The position numbers and the translations under genes were made by a program. The notes beneath the pieces were generated by a model. That model was not told where the DNA came from. It did no database searches and saw nothing but the letters and a program-made list of their open reading frames with translations. Positions 8,552-15,254 of a DNA stretch of 29,916 nucleotides are shown here, piece by piece. Position 1 is the first letter of the stretch, and the number at the start of each line of letters is the position of its first letter. Source of the stretch: a virus (taxonomy: Duplodnaviria > Caudoviricetes); the IMG/VR virus record IMGVR_UViG_3300032266_000608, positions 1 to 29,916 of that record. One strand, given 5' to 3'.

Positions 8552-8954
8552 CAGAAAAAAAGAAAATAGTTTTAACAAAGTTGACATCGTGTTGCCGTAC
8601 GTGATTCCGAAGAATTTGCGAAACGCAAAATCCCAGGCCGGGGGATGATTTCCAGGTGATGCCGGGCTTCGCATCCCGTCCGTTTGTTGAAAATGAACAA
8701 CTTACATTTTTGATGTGTGATTTGATTCTGATCCTGCGGCCGGCGCATTTTGCCCGTGCTGATAATCAGGTAGTTATGCAAGCCACAGTGTTTACGGCGG
8801 ATCTGCCTAAAAATCTAAATCACACACCTCATCCATAGCCGTTCGCTCGGTAGCTCGTTCGCTAGTTAACAACAAGTGATGTGTAAGTATATGGTACTAC
8901 CAATTTTAGAATTATTCTAAAGAGTGGTCTGGGAAAAACGTGGGAAAATTAGGA

Positions 8955-8993
8955 CAAAAAAAAGGAGGCGGAGGGATCAGCCCCCGCCCCCTT
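8955..8993 (-). terminator. intrinsic terminator
   Basis: Minus strand GGGGCGGGGG-loop-CCCTCCGCCTCC followed by T8, just after ORF 9011..9373. Confidence 0.75.
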
Positions 8994-9010
8994 GTGTGAT
9001 TTGGAGTAGC

Positions 9011-9373
9011 TTAAACCGCCAACCACTCCTCAATAGCGGAGGTAGCTCGACGAGCCTCCGTGCCCCGCCCGAAACAATCTTCGTATTTCAGCCCCAGATC
9101 GGAGCAGATTGAACGGAGCAGGGTCAGCCCATAAACTCCAGACAATTCCTCCACCCGCTGTCCGTCCACGAAAATCATCCCCTTGGGGTCTTTCTTCGAG
9201 GATTTGAACGAACGGATGAAACGGCCACGGACTGCATCGGGAAAGCCGTTCAGAACGGACGGATTCCAGATTGTGTGACCATCGCTCCCGATTTCTTCCA
9301 GTAGCTTGCGGATTTCATTTTTTAGCGAGGAATTGAACCGCCCCGCTTCGGTTTTTTGTGTGTGTGATTTCAT
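9011..9373 (-). CDS. hypothetical protein, monocistronic leaderless cassette
   Basis: 120 aa with its own promoter and terminator. Confidence 0.7.
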   Translation of the reverse strand: MKSHTQKTEAGRFNSSLKNEIRKLLEEIGSDGHTIWNPSVLNGFPDAVRGRFIRSFKSSKKDPKGMIFVDGQRVEELSGVYGLTLLRSICSDLGLKYEDCFGRGTEARRATSAIEEWLAV

Positions 9374-9379
9374 CCTGCG

Positions 9380-9408
9380 AAAATACCAACGGCCTCCGTA
9401 CGTGTCAA
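9380..9408 (-). promoter_or_regulatory. sigma70-type leaderless promoter
   Basis: TTGACA(9408-9403)-N17-TGn-TATTTT(9385-9380)-N6-ATG9373. Confidence 0.65.
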
Positions 9409-9470
9409 CTTAAAATCACACGTGCAGCCAGATCAAAATTGAGAATCACACACGCCGACCACACGCAGAC

Positions 9471-9507
9471 AAAAAAAAGGAGCGGGAGATTTCTCCCCCG
9501 CCCCTTT
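9471..9507 (-). terminator. intrinsic terminator (paralogous to 8955-8993)
   Basis: Minus strand GGGGCGGGGGAG-loop-CTCCCGCTCC followed by T8. Confidence 0.75.
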
Positions 9508-9524
9508 CGTGTGTGATTTAGTTT

Positions 9525-9725
9525 TTAGTAAATATCGTCGACGGCCTCCGTCGTAGATTTAACCACACGGAAACCGCCTCCGAGATATTTGTTCAAATCC
9601 ACACACTCTGCCTCTGCCTCCTTTCTGGTATTAAAAAAATAATCCCCATAGTTTGCCGAGCCGTCCACGCTCTTGCGAAGATCAGCCCAGCCGTTCACGC
9701 CTAGCGTTTGGATTTTGTACTGCAT
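9525..9725 (-). CDS. hypothetical protein
   Basis: ORF track 9525..9857; ATG9725 has GGAGG RBS. Confidence 0.55.
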   Translation of the reverse strand: MQYKIQTLGVNGWADLRKSVDGSANYGDYFFNTRKEAEAECVDLNKYLGGGFRVVKSTTEAVDDIY

Positions 9726-9727
9726 AA

Positions 9728-9973
9728 CTAACCTCCGCACCCGCACCCGACATATCCGACCTTTACCGCCTCCGTCACGCACGACATATCGCCACAGATT
9801 GCAATATGCGACAACGCAAAGGCTGGACGTTCGCCGTAGTAATGATGCATTGACCATTTGGCGGGACGCTTGTCACACACCACGCAGTCACACTCATAAC
9901 CCACGGCGTTGCACGCCTCACCCTTATGGCGTTGCCACTCTGCCACCTCTTTTTTCTGCTGGGGAGTTAACAT
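9728..9973 (-). CDS. Cys-rich small protein (probable zinc binder)
   Basis: CECDCVVC-like cluster and C-x4-C; ATG9973 with GGAGG RBS. Confidence 0.55.
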   Translation of the reverse strand: MLTPQQKKEVAEWQRHKGEACNAVGYECDCVVCDKRPAKWSMHHYYGERPAFALSHIAICGDMSCVTEAVKVGYVGCGCGG

Positions 9974-9974
9974 C

Positions 9975-10238
9975 TTAAACCTCCCCAATCGCCGTGCGGT
10001 TGCGGTGTGCTAACGACTGATTCAGCGACGAATCCCAATGACCATCTTCGTAGATTTCTATGGGGTAAAAATCGCTTCCGTGAAGCGTAAACCCGAAACC
10101 CTTTTCGTCTGTTTGCAAGGTTGCCAGCCCCGCCTTAAATAACTGCATTAAGAAAATAAGGTTTGAGCCACTAACCGACATTTGCCCAGCCTCACTCAAT
10201 GCTAATTCTGCTTTCGTCCATTCTCTTTTCGTTTCCAT
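9975..10238 (-). CDS. hypothetical protein
   Basis: ORF track 9975..10430; ATG10238 has AAGGGAG RBS. Confidence 0.55.
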   Translation of the reverse strand: METKREWTKAELALSEAGQMSVSGSNLIFLMQLFKAGLATLQTDEKGFGFTLHGSDFYPIEIYEDGHWDSSLNQSLAHRNRTAIGEV

Positions 10239-10260
10239 TTTTTTGTATCTCCCTTTTTTG

Positions 10261-10455
10261 TTAATTGAAAAAACCAGCCGACACACGCCAGCCGATAATT
10301 TCAAAATATCCATAGCCGACAACCAAAACCCGAACGCCACGATGCAAGACCAGACGGATGCGGGAGAGGGAGATTTGAACTCCCCTTCCCCCGCCCCACG
10401 CCACACACATACCGCCGAGTGTGTAGCCACGGATGCCCTTGGAGAACTTAAACAT
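10261..10455 (-). CDS. hypothetical protein
   Basis: ATG10455 with GGAG RBS, overlapping the end of the amidotransferase gene. Confidence 0.4.
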   Translation of the reverse strand: MFKFSKGIRGYTLGGMCVAWGGGRGVQISLSRIRLVLHRGVRVLVVGYGYFEIIGWRVSAGFFN

Positions 10456-11470
10456 CGCAGTCTCCAAAATTATCCGTCACGAACTTCGTTCCAGCGTAAT
10501 CGGGAACGCCGTAATCGGATGCCCCGAACTTCCGTGCTTCCACCTCCTCCCAATGGTCAAGGTAGAGTTTACGAGCCACACGGAAGCCACGATTTGACGA
10601 ATAGTGGCCTTTATCGTTTGGGTCAGTCATCCACCGCAAAAACGAATCGGAAACCGCTGGATTTTTGCGAACCCATTTTTTCCAATCCGATTTGTTGCCG
10701 TACGACTCCACCCAATCACACCACGCCTCTGCGTTCAAATGATCGCCGAGGAACTCTTGGAATAGAGCCTCCGTGTCATCGTCCTCCGTCATCATCACGT
10801 CCGAGGAAACCGCAGTCTCTCCCGCATAATGCGAGGGAAGCCGAGAATCCACGCCACGGAAACCTAGCTCCGTCTGCTTGTAGCCCTTGTAGCCTCCAGA
10901 GTAGTAGGACGTTGTCGGGTACGTGAATGCCTTGTAAGAGCTATTCGAATACCACACGCCCCGATCATCGTCCCAATGCCCCGCCCCTTCGTTCACGATT
11001 AGGTGCTTTCCGTCAGCACGAAGGAAACAGAACTTATTGGAGTACCCAGCGAGGAGATGCAGATTCAACGATGCGTGACTGCTCCACAGCCACTCTCCCG
11101 CCGTGTCCCGCTGATTCGGTTTCACGAGGAGATTTGCGAAATGCCAAGTATCGCTGAACTGCTTTTCTGGGGTGGGAATTGTCAAAATCCCGTTATGAAT
11201 AAAGGCGGTAGAATCATCCACCAAAAAGGGGTGACAATTCGCCTCATTCTTGTCTCCGTGCGTTGCCATTCTCAAATGAATGATGGCGGGATATTCCTTA
11301 AACTTTTCGAGAGTGTGTAGAATACCATCCAACTTCATTGAACGCACCACGTGGATTTTTTTGCCCAACGCAACGGCCATTCCAAAGCCATCGCCGTTCG
11401 CCTTACTTGCCGTGACGATATGGCTAGGTGGGATTTTCCCACCCGCCGTTTTATAGATTGCTAAACACAT
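10448..11470 (-). CDS. class II (Ntn) glutamine amidotransferase
   Basis: N-terminal Met-Cys nucleophile; NGDGFG, HLRMATHG, NCHPF, HNG and SDT motifs. Confidence 0.9.
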   Translation of the reverse strand: MCLAIYKTAGGKIPPSHIVTASKANGDGFGMAVALGKKIHVVRSMKLDGILHTLEKFKEYPAIIHLRMATHGDKNEANCHPFLVDDSTAFIHNGILTIPTPEKQFSDTWHFANLLVKPNQRDTAGEWLWSSHASLNLHLLAGYSNKFCFLRADGKHLIVNEGAGHWDDDRGVWYSNSSYKAFTYPTTSYYSGGYKGYKQTELGFRGVDSRLPSHYAGETAVSSDVMMTEDDDTEALFQEFLGDHLNAEAWCDWVESYGNKSDWKKWVRKNPAVSDSFLRWMTDPNDKGHYSSNRGFRVARKLYLDHWEEVEARKFGASDYGVPDYAGTKFVTDNFGDCDV

Positions 11471-12669
11471 TATGCTACCCTCCCTTTATTGTGTCCCATT
11501 TTGTCGAAGGCAACGTTGCCCCAACCATTGTTAATGAGACGATTTTTTAGAGCCAAAACGGAACAGCCGATTCCGCTTGCGATTTTTTCCAGCCCGACTT
11601 CCGAAACAGCAAACCACGCCGAGCCGTTTGGCTCGTAAATAAATGGGATGCTATTGACCATAGCGAAACAGCGGGGAATGCCACGTGTCCCGCTTGTAGG
11701 TACTGGTATCCGCAGTCTCCGTGCCAACTGATCGCAGGACAGCGAAGGAACAATCCACGAAGCCTTCAATTCCTCTGCGAGACAATCCAACGTGAAGTTA
11801 AGATTGCCACACGCCGATGCAATAGCAGGACGTGATTCGTGTGTGGATTCAGCCACAGCGGATTCACGCTCCCGCCACATCCTAGAACGTAGCTCCCGCT
11901 GGATGCTGGATTGAACCTCTTTATACTGGTCAACGAATTGGGAGAGATTCGGCCAGCGGAGAAGCCGTGCATCCGATTCGTCTCTGGATTTCAAAAAATC
12001 CAAGAAACCATCTTCCGTACGCACCGACTTTTCTGCCTCACCGAACGCCCAAACCGCCTCCGCAAACTCCACCGCACGAAGGATTGAGGCGGGACGAAGA
12101 TTGCCCCGAAAAATCCGCAATTCGTGTGTGCTATGCCGAGGATTCGTATTGACCGCCACGTAGCGATCAGAGCAACGCCGACTGCGTCCGTTTATGTAAC
12201 GCCCAGCGTCAGCCTTATTGCGAATCGTGTGAAACTTACACCAACGACTATTTTCCCGCCCAGCGAGGGAGAGAACGAAATTGCGAATGGCGGGATGTTC
12301 CACAGCCAAAACCGCAGATGCGTCCTTTCCGCTCATACCGAACTGGGGGATATGCGTATGCAAACCACACGTGGACGTGTCCCACGATTGCAGACCACGC
12401 CTCACAGATTGCGTCAGCAAACCGCCCCACATTTCCGTGTGATACTTTCTGCCCATAGGACGTGTAACGATTTCAAAGCCGTGCGATAGACTGCCATCGC
12501 CTTTGATAATCACACGTTCGCCCTCGGAGTTAAGAGCGGAAAGAACCTCGGATGCCTTTTCCGAGATATTTTCGCCGACATACTCCACTTCCAATTCAAC
12601 GCCAATGGTAGGCAGTCCGTCCAACGCTGGAGCGGTACGAGCATCACTTCCGAGAATCACGTTCGGCAT
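11470..12669 (-). CDS. putative amidoligase (COOH-NH2 ligase, Amidoligase_2 type)
   Basis: TIGVELEVE, DGSL, FEIVT, TCGLHTH, RYVAVN, ELRIFRG; ATG12669 has AAGGAG RBS; TAATG-coupled to the amidotransferase. Confidence 0.85.
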   Translation of the reverse strand: MPNVILGSDARTAPALDGLPTIGVELEVEYVGENISEKASEVLSALNSEGERVIIKGDGSLSHGFEIVTRPMGRKYHTEMWGGLLTQSVRRGLQSWDTSTCGLHTHIPQFGMSGKDASAVLAVEHPAIRNFVLSLAGRENSRWCKFHTIRNKADAGRYINGRSRRCSDRYVAVNTNPRHSTHELRIFRGNLRPASILRAVEFAEAVWAFGEAEKSVRTEDGFLDFLKSRDESDARLLRWPNLSQFVDQYKEVQSSIQRELRSRMWRERESAVAESTHESRPAIASACGNLNFTLDCLAEELKASWIVPSLSCDQLARRLRIPVPTSGTRGIPRCFAMVNSIPFIYEPNGSAWFAVSEVGLEKIASGIGCSVLALKNRLINNGWGNVAFDKMGHNKGRVA

Positions 12670-12670
12670 T

Positions 12671-12844
12671 TTAGTTTTTCTCCTTCCGTGTGTGCTTTGA
12701 TACGTTCCATTTTTCAGCGTAAGAATCACGATCTCCGAACGAATACGACGAGAAGTATTCTACGGAACTCACACGTGCGAGAGTTTCAGTTTTTTTGCGA
12801 ATGTCTTGAACGGCCTTCGCTTCCGTTGTGTTTTGTGTTTCCAT
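12671..12844 (-). CDS. small leaderless first gene of the amidoligase operon
   Basis: METQNTTEAK..., 57 aa; ATG 6 nt after the -10 box. Confidence 0.6.
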   Translation of the reverse strand: METQNTTEAKAVQDIRKKTETLARVSSVEYFSSYSFGDRDSYAEKWNVSKHTRKEKN

Positions 12845-12850
12845 ACTCAA

Positions 12851-12879
12851 AAAGTACACCTGCCAGCCTTCAGCGTCAA
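12851..12879 (-). promoter_or_regulatory. sigma70-type leaderless promoter
   Basis: TTGACG(12879-12874)-N17-TACTTT(12856-12851)-N6-ATG12844. Confidence 0.65.
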
Positions 12880-13149
12880 CTTTTTATTACACACCTACAG
12901 AGAGTGTCAGGGGGTGTGTGTCACCAAAAAAAACGATTTCCAGGGAACGTCAAAAATCAAAACACACCACGTTGCACGTCAACGATTTCCAAAAAAGGGG
13001 GAAAAAAAGAAAAGAAACAAAATCACACATCATCCAATCCGTCCATAGAGAGCAGAGTTTAGAGAACCCCTTGACGTGTGATATTCTTTTGGCGTTGGTC
13101 TTTTGCGTCCGTTTCAAATCACACACCACGCACCCGCAACTACACGCCT

Positions 13150-13240
13150 CAAATCACACCCGCCCAAACGCCGACCGCCACGCCCAGCCGACCAGCCCGA
13201 CCGCCCCCGCCCGAACCGCCGACCGCCGACCGACCGCACT
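13150..13240. repeat. C-rich degenerate CCGAC/CCGCC repeats
   Basis: cgccgaccgcc...ccgaccgcccccgcccgaaccgccgaccgccgaccgaccgc. Confidence 0.7.
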
Positions 13241-13499
13241 TGCCAAAGCAGTCTGTTTTGAGCAACAAAAACACACGCTTAAAAATACGCCTATAGAAGC
13301 CGATTCGACAACGTAGGCAAATACGCACACGGCCACGCAAACGCCCCGCCACGGCCATTCTGGAGTGAATGCAGGGTATCCACGCACGCTTTCGCCACGC
13401 TGGCCCCAACGCCACAAGAGCGAGCGTAGCGAGTGAGTGTGGCAAGATCCTACTAGCGAACGGAGTGAGCGAATCAGTAATCCTACCTTGCGAAGCAAG

Positions 13500-14530
13500 A
13501 ATGTATTGTATTGTGTATTACAGATACACTTACGTAGTAGGTGTATCTGATTCTCCTTTAGTGTATTATGTATTGGATGATTGATATGACTCTTGCTGAT
13601 TCTGAGAAGCAAGTGTCATTGGTTGTGTATTGATTCAAGTGAATGAGTATGTAGGACCGGAATGTCCTGGGATTAGATAATCAGAATACTATGATAGTCA
13701 GATAGTTATGTTAGTTAGAGACGCAAGATGTTGATAGTGTTGGCATTATAGATTTAACAATGATGATCTACTGCTACATTGATGGGATCTATTTATCGAT
13801 AAGTATAAGTATTGATATGATAGTAAGGTATATAAAGATAGTATCCATATATGATATGATAATGATATATGAAATATATATTGATGTCGATAAGATTATG
13901 ATAGATGTGTTTGCTTCTTCATCTATAGTGTTGGAGTTATGTTTACATTCTATAAGTTAAAGATCATAAGTAGTTGTATCTAAAGCTATTGAGTATAAGT
14001 TCGATAAGTGGATTGATGTATTGTTATTGTTTATATAGTTATAGATCAGATAGTATGATAGTGATATGATAAGAGATAAGATAGGTAAGTAGATAATGTA
14101 TTGATTGTATTATGATTATGTAATGAATAGTATGTAAGTTATTGTATGTTAATGTTATAGTGTTATAGTTAATAGATAGTGATAGAGTATTGTATATAGT
14201 TATGATGATAAGAGATATAGTATTATTAGTATGATGATATGTATTATGTATGTATGTTGTTATGTGTATTGTTATTATATATGTAGTTGTATATTAGTTA
14301 GTTAGTTATCTTTATTAGTATTGGTATATCTTATCTATTATATCTGTATCATTATGTTTATATGTCTATGTTTGTTGTTATTGTTGTTAGTGTTATACTT
14401 ACTTAATTGTCCTATTCTATTTTATTATTATTATAATCTATATTCTTTATTATCTTTATATACTATACCCATCCCTCTACTTTACTCTATCTACTTATTA
14501 CTTATTACTATTATTAAATTTTTTTTTAAT
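13500..14530. other. ~1-kb non-coding, very AT-rich, strand-skewed low-complexity tract
   Basis: Built from GATA/TGAT/GTAT words; C-poor up to ~14320, then G-poor at ~14400-14520. Confidence 0.85.
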
Positions 14531-14648
14531 GAGTGTGTCAACATTTTATGCATAGAAAGTGTCAACCACATACATCAAAGGAGTCCCATGCGGCCATATT
14601 CTGGGAGTCCCATGGGGTATATCATATGGGTGTCATAAGGGGTGTCAT

Positions 14649-14677
14649 TTGACAAAAGATTGATTATGACCTACAAG
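14649..14677 (+). promoter_or_regulatory. putative promoter for the terminase operon
   Basis: TTGACA(14649-14654)-N17-TACAAG-N7-GTG14685. Confidence 0.45.
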
Positions 14678-14684
14678 TGGTTGC

Positions 14685-15089
14685 GTGAAGCACAAGATTG
14701 CCGAGGAGACACTTATGGTGAAGTGTGAAACCAAGGTTAAGAAGCGGTGGCGTGTGGCTTTCCTAGAGGCTACGGCTGCTGGGCGTAATTTCACCGATGC
14801 GTGTAAAGAGGCAAAGGTGTCACGTCCTGTGGTGTGGCGTAATATGGCTCTCCCCCGATTTAAGCGGGAGTTCGAGTGGGCCAAGAAATGTGCGAATGAG
14901 CGTTTGGAAGTGGAGGCGTATAGTAGGGCGATCAATGGGAGTGACCGACTTTTGGAGTTTATGCTCAAGAGCCGTATGCCTGAAGTGTATGGCGACAAGA
15001 TGCATGTAAAGACCACGCACGAGACGACCCTAACGCTTGCGGATATTTCCGCGAAGTTGCGTACACGGGCCTTGGCTGGCACTAACTGA
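14685..15089 (+). CDS. terS: terminase small subunit
   Basis: N-terminal HTH (FTDACKEAKVSRPVVW), LEVEAYSRA...SDRLLEFMLKSRMPEVYGDK; upstream of terL. Confidence 0.85.
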   Translation: MKHKIAEETLMVKCETKVKKRWRVAFLEATAAGRNFTDACKEAKVSRPVVWRNMALPRFKREFEWAKKCANERLEVEAYSRAINGSDRLLEFMLKSRMPEVYGDKMHVKTTHETTLTLADISAKLRTRALAGTN

Positions 15090-15254
15090 TTGAAACTGGC
15101 CGTCGCATTGGCGGTTATGGTGCTGTTGGCGGGATGCAATAGCGAGGAGTCCCAATGGGGTAACGGGTGGGGGAGGTGGCAAGGGGATCCTAATACGAAA
15201 TATCCAAACACCCCTACCATGGGGTCTGCCGTGGATGCGGGGGAGTCCCGATGA
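15090..15254 (+). CDS. small lipoprotein (54 aa)
   Basis: Read by hand: MKLAVALAVMVLLAG-CNSEESQWGNGWGRWQGDP...; lipobox LAGC; abuts the terS stop and overlaps the terL start (ATGA). Confidence 0.65.
   Translation: MKLAVALAVMVLLAGCNSEESQWGNGWGRWQGDPNTKYPNTPTMGSAVDAGESR

Noticed and set aside
8715-9519. AAATCACAC copies as a CRISPR array or as CRP sites
   Set aside because: Only 9 nt, both orientations, irregular spacing; no complete TGTGA-N6-TCACA
10243-12700. Several + strand ORFs opposite the amidoligase operon
   Set aside because: Antisense to motif-supported genes; no recognisable features
13760-14638. ORFs 13760..13960 and 14321..14638 in the AT-rich tract
   Set aside because: I/Y/L/M-dominated translations simply reflect base composition; no RBS or operon context
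14645-15220. 191-aa minus-strand ORF over terS
   Set aside because: Antisense shadow of terS
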